Positions 8,992-19,005 of a DNA stretch of 64,000 bases are shown piece by piece (positions within the stretch are counted from its first letter, which is position 1; each line of letters begins with the position of its first letter). The stretch spans positions 528,241 through 592,240 of the forward strand of contig CAVZYM010000005.1 in the NCBI GenBank assembly GCA_963779495.1, in the 5' to 3' direction. The notes under the pieces are model-generated. The model was not told the origin of the DNA. It made no database searches and saw only the letters and a list, made by a program, of their open reading frames with translations. The DNA comes from an uncultured Pseudomonadota bacterium (lineage in GTDB: Bacteria; Myxococcota_A; Polyangia; Fen-1088). The position numbers and the translations under genes are program-made.

Positions 8992-9429
8992 TCAGGGACC
9001 GGGAGGCGCGAGCGACAGCGGGGGCTGAGGCGTGAATCTCGCACGACGCGACGATGGCGGCCCGAAGGAGTCCATGTACGTCTTGCACCGGTTGACCTGA
9101 ATCACCCCGTAGATGGTAGAGACTGCGAACAGCGCGACCCCTGCGGAACCAACGATCTGCAGATCGGTCTTGTTCCAGCTGTGGTCGTTGTTGGGGTCGA
9201 ATTCGTAGGAGGATACGGCCTGAAGGGTCGCGACGAGCGTTGCCAGCCCCAAGAGGCCATCCAGAATTGGCAGGCTGGCCGTGGAGGTGCATTTGGGTAT
9301 CTCGTATCGTGGCGCCGCGCGCACTTCCTGTTCCGACGGGGGACCCGAGACGAACACGAAAGAACATCCGCCGGTCGTCAGCAGGCCGCCGAGCAAAGCC
9401 ACCAACGCCGCGCGCGCGCTCATCGACAC
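8992..9429 (-). CDS. Small hypothetical membrane lipoprotein
   Basis: Signal plus lipobox (LLGGLLTTGGC) and two further hydrophobic helices. Convergent with the ycaQ-like gene. Confidence 0.4.
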   Translation of the reverse strand: MSMSARAALVALLGGLLTTGGCSFVFVSGPPSEQEVRAAPRYEIPKCTSTASLPILDGLLGLATLVATLQAVSSYEFDPNNDHSWNKTDLQIVGSAGVALFAVSTIYGVIQVNRCKTYMDSFGPPSSRRARFTPQPPLSLAPPGP

Positions 9430-9700
9430 TCTCCCATAGTCGCCAGTCTATCTTCACGCTGCCGCCCGCGGATCCGGTTCACGCCGGTGGACGTGGTCTC
9501 GATGTAGGCGCCGTCGATGGTCTCGAAGACCGCCGACATCACCAACGTTTGCAACCTGAGTGCGTTGGGCGAAGGCCAATGATGCCCGTCGCCCGCGAAG
9601 AAGACAGGACTCCCGTTCGTCTCCACGAAAACACTGCTGTTCCGACTCTGCGCGGGCCCACGGATGCACCGTGCCCACGCGGCCGTGATACAAGGCGGCC

Positions 9701-10399
9701 ATGGGTGAGGGCCGGAGATTCGGAGTGGTCATGATGATCGCGGGCCTCGTCGCGAGCGGCCTCAGTGGCTGCAGCTCCTCGAAGTCCAGCTCGTTCGCGA
9801 GTTACTGGGCCGACGGCGACGAGTTGTGCGCGCACAGCGCCGCCTGCGGCTTCGGCGACAAGGCGACCTGCCTGGCCGGGTGGCCCACGGCCGCCGACAC
9901 CACCACCGCGCTCGACGACGCCGACGTCCCCGACGAGAGCATCGCGGCCTGCGAAGCGGCGACCCGGCTCCTCGACAAGTGCACGCTCGGTTTGTCGTGT
10001 GAAAACGATGACGTCGAGGCCTGCTCCCTCCAGCAGATGGCCTTCACCACCGAATGCGCGCTGGTTTTGTCCGCGATGGACCTCTTCTACAAGACCCACC
10101 CGCGGAGCATCTTCGCCGGGCCGTTCCAGGGCAGCTACGACGGTTCGGCGTCGGGCGGCTTCACCGGCTCCGTCCGCCACGACGGCCAGATCACGGCGAC
10201 GATCGAAACCCCGGACGGCCCGATCAGCGCGAGCGGATCGGTTTTTCTGTCGGGTGCGACCACCCTCTCCGCCACGGCGGACGGCGTCGCCTTGATGTTC
10301 ACAGGGACCCTGTACGGAACGACCGCCGAATTCTCCGGCGACGGGACCTGGACCGCCGGAGCGGACTCGGGCTACTGGACCCTCTCCTCCGGCCAGTAA
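9701..10399 (+). CDS. Hypothetical Cys-rich lipoprotein
   Basis: Signal plus lipobox (MMIAGLVASGLSGC). Acidic, Cys-containing ~230-aa protein. Confidence 0.5.
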   Translation: MGEGRRFGVVMMIAGLVASGLSGCSSSKSSSFASYWADGDELCAHSAACGFGDKATCLAGWPTAADTTTALDDADVPDESIAACEAATRLLDKCTLGLSCENDDVEACSLQQMAFTTECALVLSAMDLFYKTHPRSIFAGPFQGSYDGSASGGFTGSVRHDGQITATIETPDGPISASGSVFLSGATTLSATADGVALMFTGTLYGTTAEFSGDGTWTAGADSGYWTLSSGQ

Positions 10400-10420
10400 C
10401 CTGGCAGGCGCGGCGGTCGC

Positions 10421-11938
10421 TCAGGCCGCCAGGGAGTCGGGATCTCGTGGCGCGGGCGCGGGGGCGAGCCCCACCTGACGTCGTGCGAGGGTCAGGACCT
10501 CGGGCAAGAGGGCGCTAATGCGCGCCGCTGCCGGCTCGTGAATCCGCAGCGCCGCGAAGGCCGCCGAGACGCGCAGCAGCGCCGAGACGACGAAGAGGAT
10601 CTGCAGGTTGGCGAGCGGGTGGCCGAGCACGATCATCTGCCGCGGCAGGGCCACGGCCAGCGCCCCGCCGCAGGCGGTGGCGACGCTGAAGGCCAGGCCT
10701 CCCACCATCGCGATGGCCGCGATGTAGAACGGCCGCCCGCGCCGGGGGGTCGCCGTCGTCGGAACCACGAACATCGCCAGGTTGTGTCCGCCCCAGAGCA
10801 CGCCCGCGAGGAGCGCGTCGAACACCAGAGGCCACAAGAACGTCGGGGTGGGGAAGAGCCACACCAGCGGGATGGCGCTGATCCCGAACGCGCAGGCCGC
10901 GAGCACTGGCCTTGCCCCCAGGCGATCGATCACCCGTCCCCACAGCGGCGCCGTCAGCACGCGCGCCGCCGCCAGGGCGATGCCGTGCAACGCGACCAGC
11001 GTGAACCCCATCCGGAGGTTCTGGAGCATGAAGAGGGCGAAGAAGCCACCGGCGAGACCGACCGCCAGGTTCCAGGCGAGCACATAGACGAGCAGGCCGC
11101 GCGCCGCGCGATCGCGCAGGGGCGCCAGCGCGGCGGCGAGCGAGAACGGCGTCGCCTCGGCGGCCGGTGCCGGCTCGTGCTGGCGGAGCATCAGCGCGGT
11201 AGTCACGAGGCCGCTGGTCGACGCGCCGAGCTGGAGCAGGGCGAGCGCGGGACCGGTCCATCCGTGCGACCGGGCCCGGTCGAGCAGCAGCCCGGCGGCC
11301 GCGGAAGCGGCGGCGCCCGCGATGGTGCAGAGCGCTGTGCGACGCCCGAAGTAGCGGCCCCGGATCCGCCGCGGCACCAGGTCGCCCATCCACGACACCC
11401 AGGCGTTGTTGCCGAGCACGCCCAGGACCGCCGAGAGCGCCGCCACGGCGAGCAGGAGCGCCTGGCCCGTCCGTTCAGACGGCGCCAGCAGGGGAATGGC
11501 GAGGAGCGGCAGCATCACCTGGCGTGAGGTGGCCACCAGGACCACGGCCGCGCGGCGCCGGCCGAAGACCGAGGTCGTCCAGGCGGCCGGAAGCTGGAAG
11601 AGCTGCGCCATCTGCGGCAGCGCGACGACCAGACCGGTGAGCAAAGCGCTCGCATGCAGGTGCATCGCCCACCCCGTGAGGATGGCGCCGCCCGCGAAGG
11701 CGCTGACCACCTCGGCGATCAGCCCCTCGGCGGTGGAGGCGCGCAGCGACCGCCGCAGCCGGCTGGTCGAGGTGGCCCGCGCCTCGACCGCGTCGCTGGC
11801 CGGCGCACCCGCCAGCCCTGCCCCCGCGGCCGGGTCGGTGATCCCCGCCCGCGACGGGAGGACACCGGCGGCCAGCGTCGCCAGCGGCGAGAACAGGGAC
11901 CCCAGCTTGTGACGAGGACGGTGAAACTGCGACGCCAC
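10421..11938 (-). CDS. MFS transporter (start possibly downstream of the annotated Met)
   Basis: ~12 predicted hydrophobic helices. MFS-like GRR and DR.GRR loop motifs (FGRRRAAV, LGNNAWVSWMGDLVPRRIRGRYFGR). Confidence 0.75.
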   Translation of the reverse strand: MASQFHRPRHKLGSLFSPLATLAAGVLPSRAGITDPAAGAGLAGAPASDAVEARATSTSRLRRSLRASTAEGLIAEVVSAFAGGAILTGWAMHLHASALLTGLVVALPQMAQLFQLPAAWTTSVFGRRRAAVVLVATSRQVMLPLLAIPLLAPSERTGQALLLAVAALSAVLGVLGNNAWVSWMGDLVPRRIRGRYFGRRTALCTIAGAAASAAAGLLLDRARSHGWTGPALALLQLGASTSGLVTTALMLRQHEPAPAAEATPFSLAAALAPLRDRAARGLLVYVLAWNLAVGLAGGFFALFMLQNLRMGFTLVALHGIALAAARVLTAPLWGRVIDRLGARPVLAACAFGISAIPLVWLFPTPTFLWPLVFDALLAGVLWGGHNLAMFVVPTTATPRRGRPFYIAAIAMVGGLAFSVATACGGALAVALPRQMIVLGHPLANLQILFVVSALLRVSAAFAALRIHEPAAARISALLPEVLTLARRQVGLAPAPAPRDPDSLAA

Positions 11939-12020
11939 GGCCGACGCAAGATCACTTCGACACCTTGCGACGGCGCTTGAGGGCCGCCCTCACGCGCCAA
12001 GCTCGACCGCGTCGAGGCGC

Positions 12021-13094
12021 TCAGCCTCGGTCGGGCGCGTGGAGCATCCACTGCAGAAACGACCGCAAGGACCCCCGCTCCCCCTTCAGCAGCGATCGCC
12101 GGCGCTCGCGCGGGAACGAGGAGACGGGACGGGCGAGATCGCGCTGGGAAGGGTCGCTTCCGGAAAGCGCGCTCACCCGGCTCGCCAGCGGCGCGGCGCC
12201 GGGGCCGAGCCCGTAGCTGGCGCTCATGATCGCCAGCTGCTGGTCGTCGAGACCGTCGGTGCAGTCGTTGATGGGTCCCGTGCTCGGATACATGAGGTTG
12301 CGCTCGACCATCGTATGAACCAGGCCGCCGGTGTGTCCGAACTCGTGGGCGGTGATGAGGTCGTCGAGCTCGGGTTTGATGCCGCTCACCCGCTTGAGCA
12401 CGTCGTTCCCCATGACCATTATCGGCGAGAAGTTGGCGGGCAGGTCGATCCCCAACCAGGCCTGGGCCTCCGGCGAGGTTTCGCGGGCGAATTCCGCCAG
12501 CAGGGCCGGCGACACGGCGATTCCTGCCGTCGTATGATCGGGATCGTCGTCGGTGCCATCGGGATTTTCCACCTGCGGGACCACGATCAGATTCGTCACC
12601 GCGGCGCCGCCGTCGCTGTGGGCCTTCAGGAACTCGATGACGGGCCTGAAGCCGAAGTTGCCCGCCGCGGCGTATAGCCGCGCGAGCAATTCCGGATCGG
12701 CTTCGAGTGCCGCTTCATCCTCGAAATCGACGCCGGGAAACTGCTCCCTGAGCGCGACCATGAGCGCATCCTCGTCGGTGTCGAGCGCGTAGGTCATCGT
12801 CGTCGCCTGCGGCTGCTGGTCGGTGAAGAACGACAGCGAGTGGCGATGGTAGTAGTTCGCCAGCCCCTGAGCGATCGGTTTGACGGAACCGCCACCGTTG
12901 ACGTAGAGCCTCATGTGCCGCTCACCGGCGAGCCGCTGATCGACGGCGTTGCACGCCGCGTTCGCATACGGTTGGGGGGCGAAGTACGCCTCCAGGGCGG
13001 GCGGCCCCTCCGCACCGTCCGAACCGTCGCATCCAAATCCACTCACACCAACGACAACGACAATGACCGCCAGGAACCGGGATGATGTTCGCAT
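12021..13094 (-). CDS. Zinc metalloprotease lipoprotein (zincin, HExxHxxGxxH)
   Basis: Signal plus lipobox (VVVGVSGFGC) and HEFGHTGGLVH zinc-binding motif. The C-terminal ~50 aa are low-complexity and may hide a further frameshift. Confidence 0.7.
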   Translation of the reverse strand: MRTSSRFLAVIVVVVGVSGFGCDGSDGAEGPPALEAYFAPQPYANAACNAVDQRLAGERHMRLYVNGGGSVKPIAQGLANYYHRHSLSFFTDQQPQATTMTYALDTDEDALMVALREQFPGVDFEDEAALEADPELLARLYAAAGNFGFRPVIEFLKAHSDGGAAVTNLIVVPQVENPDGTDDDPDHTTAGIAVSPALLAEFARETSPEAQAWLGIDLPANFSPIMVMGNDVLKRVSGIKPELDDLITAHEFGHTGGLVHTMVERNLMYPSTGPINDCTDGLDDQQLAIMSASYGLGPGAAPLASRVSALSGSDPSQRDLARPVSSFPRERRRSLLKGERGSLRSFLQWMLHAPDRG

Positions 13095-13169
13095 GGGCGG
13101 ACTCTAGTGTCGCCGCCGTCCGCGTACCCATGGCAACCGTCACGAACCGGCGTCACAGCAACATAATTC

Positions 13170-13207
13170 CGCAATAACGTACCAAGCCTCTCGCAATAAC
13201 GTACCAA
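13170..13207. promoter_or_regulatory. Two AT-rich direct repeats CGCAATAACGTACCAA (22-bp spacing) in the promoter region of the metalloprotease gene
   Basis: Read from sequence. Lies in the 164-bp gap upstream of the minus-strand metalloprotease start. Neighbouring TTGGTGG-N16-CCACCAA inverted repeat at 13213..13242. Confidence 0.5.
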
Positions 13208-13257
13208 TCGACGTTGGTGGTGTGCATTGAGGCACGCCACCAATTCAAGGCCCGACC

Positions 13258-15062
13258 CTAGCGCCGGCGGTCCTTCTTGGCGACGGGCACCAACGCGATG
13301 TCGATCTTGGTCTCCGCTTCCCTGAGGTAGAGGGACTTGGTCCAGCGCTGGTAGCCGGGCAGTGACGCCTCGACGCGGACGGTTTCGAAGCGCATCAGGG
13401 CGACCTTGCGCGGCCGCGGGCCGATGGACCCTATCGGCCCGCCGTTCAGCTTGATCGTCGCGTGCGGCGGCGATGAGGTCACGAGCGCGGTCGCCCGCGG
13501 CCGCGCGAGCCGCTCGGTGACGATCGCGCTCTCGCCCGGCTTCGCGGTGATCGACCGGGTCACGTCCTGGTAGCGATCGTGTCTGACGGTCACGGCAGCG
13601 GCCCCGCAGGGAACGGAGGCGTGCGCGATCGGGCTGACGCCGAGCGCGAGCTCTCCCCACGACACCGTCGCCCCGGCCGGCGTGGTCGTCACCCGGGCCA
13701 CGCACCCTCCGGCGGCGCGAGCGCTGGGTGCCTCCGCCGGCGCGAGCTCGGGCGGAGCGACGGGCGCCGGCACTGCGACCGCCTGCACCGCGACGGCCGG
13801 CGCCGCGACCGCGGGCGCCGCGACGGGTGCGGGTTTCGCCCCCGACCGGAGCACCAGGCCCAGGAGCAGCCCACCCAGCGCGCAGGCCGCGAAGGGCGCC
13901 GCGCGACGGGCGATGCGCAGCGCGCGCGCGCGACGGTCTACCGGTTTGAGGATCGTCGCGGGACGGGGCGCGGCGGCCGGCGGCGGCGTCACGGGCTCGT
14001 CCACGACCACGTCTTCACCGGGGGCGTTGATGCCCGCCGCCGACGACCCGCCGTCGGTCTCGAGCAGCTGCAGCTCGATGAAGCTCGCCAGGTCCGCGCC
14101 GTCGAGATCGCTGAGCGGGTTCGCCGGCAGCGTGAAAGCGGCGCCGGGAACCCGCGCTTCCGGCTGCGTCGCCGGAGAGACCAGCGTCGGCTCCAGCTCC
14201 GGGGCAACCGGCGGAGGAACGACCACCGCCGGGGCCGGCGCCGCCGCGAATGGCATCGGGACGCCGATCATGGTCGCCGTCACCCTTGGCGCCAGCTTCG
14301 TCGCCCCGCTGGCCGCCACGTTGGGGGGCGCCGGCACGCTCTGCCGCGCCGCTGTCGACAGCGACATCACGTTGCCCATCGACGGACGTGGAGCCGCGAT
14401 CGGGGGCGCGGGCACGACGGCGGTCGGCCGCGCCACGCCCGGCGGCAAGGTGACGGGGGGCGGCACGGTCGCTGACGGCGGAACGATCGCGGGCGGCGGC
14501 ACGGTCGCGGGCGGCGGCACGGTCGCCGGCGGCGGCACGGTCGCGGGCGGCCGTGCGCTCGCGAGCGGCGGCACGGTCGCGGGCGGAGATCGGACCAGCG
14601 ACAGAGCCGGCGCGGTGACTTTGCGCGGGGGCGCGCTCTCAGCGGGCGGGCGCGGGGGCGGCGTGCGCTCGGACGGCGGGCGCGTCGCCTTGGCCGCGGA
14701 CGCCCCCCGCTCGAGCAGGCGAAGATGAATGCCGCGGCTGCGCGCGTCCATGTCGAGGAGCCGCAAGCGCATCAGCGCGCGCGACGGCCCACCGGGCGGA
14801 CCGGTCACCGGGGTCACCTCGCTGACCTCGCACCGGCCCGACATGATCACCGCCTGATCCTTCAAGCGGATCGTGAACCGCCCGGCGGTGCCGACCCCCG
14901 CGTTCGGAACCGCCGGCACCACGACATCGGTCTCCGTCGTGAAGCGGGCAAACCGCTCCACGAACTCGTCCGCCGAGGCACACTTCGTGGCCAGTTGGAT
15001 GACGGCCCCGTCAGCCCCCACCACGCATAAATCGGCGCCTCGACCACACCGATAAAGACCCA
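13258..15062 (-). CDS. Membrane protein with Pro-rich (PPATVPP)n linker, one TM helix and two C-terminal PEGA domains; N-terminal cytoplasmic domain possibly PilZ-like
   Basis: PEGA-like blocks (ATVSWGELALGVSP...TVRHDRYQD; ATIKLNGGPIGS...ASLPGYQRWTKSLYL). TM helix FAACALGGLLLGLVL. 15-nt tandem DNA repeats (ggcggcggcacggtcgc x4, ~14470..14540) encode PPATV. Start trimmed because the upstream gene ends at 15090. Confidence 0.6.
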
Positions 15063-15089
15063 CATCGCCCGCCACCCAACCGATCGGGA

Positions 15090-16196
15090 TCAGTCTGGCA
15101 ATCGGCCGGCCGCGAAGGCCGCTTCGATGTCGTCCCAGCGGTGAATGAAGTCGAACGCCTCCGATGACTCGCGGGGCAGGTGGCCCAGATACGCGAAGCG
15201 TTTGGTCGGAGGTAGTCCAGCTATCGACATCCTTGCGCCGGACGCGATCGGTTTGAGCCGCGGGAGATCCTTTGCCGTGGGCACGTCGCTCCGAGACCAC
15301 TCGAGGATTTCGACGGTCAGGTAAGGAACGGTGACATCACCCTCACGGAGCGTGCTGATCCCGCATATCGCCAGAGGCACGTAGCGTCCGGAGTCGCGTT
15401 TGAAGGCGACGACATCGCCAACCCACCAGCCCAATCCGTACATCGTGGGAAACAGCTCATCCGCCCCGAGCCACGAGCTTCCAATGACCTTGCGGTCGTC
15501 ATCGAGCACCGCGGGGACGGGCAAAACACCGAGACGCCGCAGGCGTGCCCTGGGGTACTGCCCCGGGCCATAGACCCCGAACGCGACCTGCGGATGTTCG
15601 CGAAACGTCGGTTCGATTTTCGCGGTTTTGAATCGCTTGATCGTCCGGCGCGACGGAACATCGGCCAGCTCGGCAACCGGTGGCACGGAATCGCTCACGA
15701 AATCAAATACCCGGACGCTGGGTGCGAGGCTGGCACCGGCGTTCTTGCACATGCCGCAAACCTGGAAGAAGGCGAAGCGACCATCCAGCAGCCGCCAGGC
15801 GTAGACCTCGCCCACCTTCATCGGTGTGACTGCGGCCCGCGGAACCTTCATCGGAACGGGCGGTGGCGGCTCCCGTTCCAGCTGGGCGCGGAGCTTGAGC
15901 AGAACCACCGCACGCGCCCGCTGATCCTTGGCGCTGGCCTCTGTCCAGCGTTTGAGGTCGGTTCCGTCCGAAACTATCCTCAAAGCCTGAGCGCGAACCC
16001 GGGGAACGATCCGGCCGCTGCGCCACTGCAGATCCGCCAGCACGAGTGTGACGACTGGGTCGTCCGAACCGTAGTCGTTGACGAAGCTCTCCGTCAGATC
16101 TTCGGCCGTGCGGCCCCAGCGCAGGCCCGTGTTCCAGTCCGAACGAATGTCACACGCGGTGTCGTCGGAATAGAGCCCGGTGCCCCAGGTTCCCAT
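15090..16196 (-). CDS. DUF4259 domain-containing protein
   Basis: N-terminus MGTWGTGLYSDDTACDIRSDW matches the DUF4259 signature (MGxWGTGxFDND). No other recognisable domains. Confidence 0.6.
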   Translation of the reverse strand: MGTWGTGLYSDDTACDIRSDWNTGLRWGRTAEDLTESFVNDYGSDDPVVTLVLADLQWRSGRIVPRVRAQALRIVSDGTDLKRWTEASAKDQRARAVVLLKLRAQLEREPPPPVPMKVPRAAVTPMKVGEVYAWRLLDGRFAFFQVCGMCKNAGASLAPSVRVFDFVSDSVPPVAELADVPSRRTIKRFKTAKIEPTFREHPQVAFGVYGPGQYPRARLRRLGVLPVPAVLDDDRKVIGSSWLGADELFPTMYGLGWWVGDVVAFKRDSGRYVPLAICGISTLREGDVTVPYLTVEILEWSRSDVPTAKDLPRLKPIASGARMSIAGLPPTKRFAYLGHLPRESSEAFDFIHRWDDIEAAFAAGRLPD

Positions 16197-16241
16197 GCGC
16201 CAAGGCTAGGTTACCTCTGCGTTCCCCTGCGATGTAAGTGG

Positions 16242-17201
16242 CTACGTCCGCTGCGCCTCTCGCCCCGCGACCGCCCGCAGCGTCACGGCCGCCCGGCGGG
16301 GCGGCTCGCGCGCGGCGATGTCGGAGAGGCTCATCACCCCCTCGAGCACGCCGTCGTCGCTGGTGATCATGAGACGGGAGACCTGGCGCTGGGCCATGAG
16401 CTCTTCGGCGACGACGACGTCGTCGTCGCGGCGGCAAGCGGCCGGGTCGCGGCTCATCACGTCGACCGCGCGGCAGATCGCCGGCGACAGGCCCTTGGCG
16501 AGGACGCGCACGACGAGGTCGCGGTCGGTGATCGCGCCGACGACCCGGCGCTGCCGATCGCACACCGGGAGGAAGCCGATGTTCGCCATGGTCATCAGCT
16601 CGGCGACGCGATCGATCGTGTCGTCCTCGGCGACGGTCCGGACCTCGCGCTTCATCAGGTCGGCGCAGCGGGCGGCCTGCTTGGCGGGCGCCGGGGGGCG
16701 GTGGCTCCCCTGCAGGCCAGGGACGGTGCCTGGGTGGACGTGGCGTTGCAGCTGATCGTCGACGCCGCGCACGCCGCGCACCCGGGCCACCTCGCGCACC
16801 ACGCGGTCGTGCTCGCGCTCGAGGATCTGGCCGCCGAGCACGGCCTCACCGTTCGCGACCAGGACCTCGATCGCGCCGGCGTGGGAGCAGACGCGGCCGA
16901 TGGCGGCCCGCACGCGCTCCTGGATCACTTCGTCGGCGGCCGCCTTGGGGCCGAACGCCGCGCGCAGGCGGGCGGCCAGGCCGTAGGCCCGGTTGGTGAC
17001 GACGCGCTGGGCGCGCCGCGCGCCCCGGTTGCCGGTGTGCGCGGCGTGCACCGCCTTGTCGCGGGCGCGGGCGCGGCGGGTTCGGCCGAGCGACGGATCG
17101 AGGAGGTAGGCGAGCGCCGCTCCGACGCCGACTCCGCCGAGCAGAGCCGGCCAATGACTCGTGCCCTCTGATTGCTTTGTGGTCCTGAACCGTGACCCCA
17201 T
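16242..17201 (-). CDS. Membrane-anchored BON-domain plus tandem CBS-pair protein
   Basis: TM helix (WPALLGGVGVGAALAYLL). BON-like segment (AAIGRVCSHAGAIEVLVANGEAVLGGQI...VREVARVRGVRGVDDQL). Two CBS motifs (DLMKREVRTVAEDDTIDRVAELM...; VDVMSRDPAACRRDDDVVVAEELM...). Confidence 0.7.
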   Translation of the reverse strand: MGSRFRTTKQSEGTSHWPALLGGVGVGAALAYLLDPSLGRTRRARARDKAVHAAHTGNRGARRAQRVVTNRAYGLAARLRAAFGPKAAADEVIQERVRAAIGRVCSHAGAIEVLVANGEAVLGGQILEREHDRVVREVARVRGVRGVDDQLQRHVHPGTVPGLQGSHRPPAPAKQAARCADLMKREVRTVAEDDTIDRVAELMTMANIGFLPVCDRQRRVVGAITDRDLVVRVLAKGLSPAICRAVDVMSRDPAACRRDDDVVVAEELMAQRQVSRLMITSDDGVLEGVMSLSDIAAREPPRRAAVTLRAVAGREAQRT

Positions 17202-17355
17202 CACGCACCTCCTCACCGTCAAAGGTGGATCCAGTTCGGCGTATGGGACGCCTGCTGGACCGGGCGGCGGACAGGTAAAGAAGCGGGGCCTTGTGAAGCG
17301 ACCGCGAGTTGCTGGGGCGCGCGCTGCTGAGCAGCGCATGTATGTGCTCGCCCAG

Positions 17356-18756
17356 CTAGAGCGTGTAGAGGAAGGCGACGAGGTCGCGCTTCTCCGCCTC
17401 CGTGAGGCGGGTCTCCATCACCAGGTTGAAGAACTCGACGGTGTCGTCGAGCGTGAGGAGTCGCCCGTCGTGCAGGTAGGGGGGCGAGTCCTTGATGCCG
17501 CGGAGCGGGAAGGTCTTGATCGGCCCGTCGGCGGTCGCGGTCATGCCGTTGATGTTGACCGGCTTGTAGAAACGCTCGGCGCGCAGGTTGTGCATCAGGT
17601 TGTCGGTGTAATAAGGGGGCGCGTGGCAGACGCCGCACTTGGCCTTGCCGAAGAACAGCGCCTCTCCGCGCATCTCTGGCTCTGCAGCGCGCTTCGGGTG
17701 CAGGCGGCCGTCGACGGTCAGCTTGGGCGCGGGCGGAAAGTCGAGCAGCTCCTGCAGCTCCGCCATGAAGTGGACCTGGCTGCCGCGCTCGAGGATGTTG
17801 ACGCCCTTCTTGGTGGCGATCACCGGATCGCCGTCGAAGTAGGCGGCGCGCTGCTCGAATTCGGTGAAGTCCTCGACGCTCTTCAGCGCGCGCTGCGAGC
17901 CGAACAGGCGCTGGATGTTCACGCCGCGCAGGCTCGGGGTATCGATCCGGTGGCGGAACGCCTGGGGGCGGGTATCGCCCGCCAGGTGGGTGGCGCCGTT
18001 GGTGTGGCCGTTGGCGTGGCAATCGAAGCAGGTGACGCCGCGGTGGGGCAGCGTCGAGCGCCGGTCCTCGGTGACGTTGAACTGCTGCTGCGGAAACGGC
18101 GTGAGCAGCAGCCGGAACCCCTCCAGCTGCTTCGGGTTCAAGAGCCCGTCGAACAGCGCAAAGAAGTTCATCAGCGTCACCAGCTGGCCGCGCGACACGT
18201 CGCCGAGGTCGGGGCGCGTGGTCAGGAAGATCGGCGGCGGAAACTCGGGCAGGAATGGATCGGGGATGTCGAAGTCGAGATCGAAGCGGGTCAGGTCCCG
18301 CCCCTCCTGCTTCTTGATCTCCTTGATGTGGAATTCGGGGAACAGCATCCCCCCCGCGGGATGGTTGGGATGGGGGAGCGGGTAGAAACCGGCGGGGAAG
18401 AGGTTCTTGTCGCGGATCTCCTCCGGGGTCATCGCCGCGAGCGAATCCCAGGTCACCCCTTTGGGAAGGCGCGCGCGCACGCCGGCCTGAACCGCCTTGC
18501 CCCGGAACATCTTGACCGCCTTGGCGGGACGGTTGGCAAGGTCGTAACGCTCGGCCAGCAAGGCATGCTGCCGCTTCATGATCGCCGCCTTCTCGGCGGT
18601 CAGTCGTTTGTGGAGGGTGGCGAAGTCCTCCGTCGGGACGACCGGCATGTAGCTGGTGGGCGGTGGCTTCTTCTCGTCCGAACGGGCAACGCCGGCGAGC
18701 AGCACCGTCGCGACGGACAACGAAGCAGCGACAACCAGCGCGCGCGTGAAGGTCAT
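17356..18756 (-). CDS. Di-heme cytochrome c peroxidase (CCP/MauG family)
   Basis: Signal peptide and two CxxCH heme motifs (CFDCHANGH; CGVCHAPPYY). ~465 aa. Confidence 0.85.
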   Translation of the reverse strand: MTFTRALVVAASLSVATVLLAGVARSDEKKPPPTSYMPVVPTEDFATLHKRLTAEKAAIMKRQHALLAERYDLANRPAKAVKMFRGKAVQAGVRARLPKGVTWDSLAAMTPEEIRDKNLFPAGFYPLPHPNHPAGGMLFPEFHIKEIKKQEGRDLTRFDLDFDIPDPFLPEFPPPIFLTTRPDLGDVSRGQLVTLMNFFALFDGLLNPKQLEGFRLLLTPFPQQQFNVTEDRRSTLPHRGVTCFDCHANGHTNGATHLAGDTRPQAFRHRIDTPSLRGVNIQRLFGSQRALKSVEDFTEFEQRAAYFDGDPVIATKKGVNILERGSQVHFMAELQELLDFPPAPKLTVDGRLHPKRAAEPEMRGEALFFGKAKCGVCHAPPYYTDNLMHNLRAERFYKPVNINGMTATADGPIKTFPLRGIKDSPPYLHDGRLLTLDDTVEFFNLVMETRLTEAEKRDLVAFLYTL

Positions 18757-18930
18757 GGTCCGGCCTTAGATGAGGTCGGACGTCCGCCGGTCAAGACGGG
18801 GACTCCCCTGGCCGGCAGGGGAAGCCAGGGCGATGCAATAAGGGCCTTCACGGGGAGCCGATGCGGCCCTCGTTTAGCGGCGATTGCCCGCTGACAGCGG
18901 CTGAACTTCCCCGGAACCGGGGAGCTCCGA

Positions 18931-19005
18931 GCGTATGTTCACAATTTATTGCGCTCGTTCACGATAATAGGCAGATTGTTCATACATGACCACAGTTGTT
19001 CACGA
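18931..19005 (+). promoter_or_regulatory. Phased array of four TGTTCA(C/T) direct repeats (18937, 18957, 18978, 18998; ~20.5-bp spacing) spanning the ietA-like start codon
   Basis: Read from sequence in the AT-rich 225-bp region upstream of 18986. GTTCACGAT 9-mer occurs twice. Two-helical-turn spacing suggests a transcription-factor operator array. Confidence 0.5.

Noticed and set aside
10515-11527. ORFs 10515..11393 (-) and 10538..11527 (+) overlapping the MFS gene
   Set aside because: Alternative frames or antisense of a clear 12-TM transporter. Arg-rich.
12840-13143. Small ORFs around the metalloprotease C-terminus (12840..13085 +, 12922..13143 -)
   Set aside because: Overlap a motif-bearing zincin gene. 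Likely chance ORFs.
18909-18922. CCCCGG-AA-CCGGGG palindrome as a terminator
   Set aside because: The 2-nt loop is too tight for an RNA hairpin, and it is upstream of both divergent genes rather than downstream of either. Kept only as a note within the regulatory-region finding.
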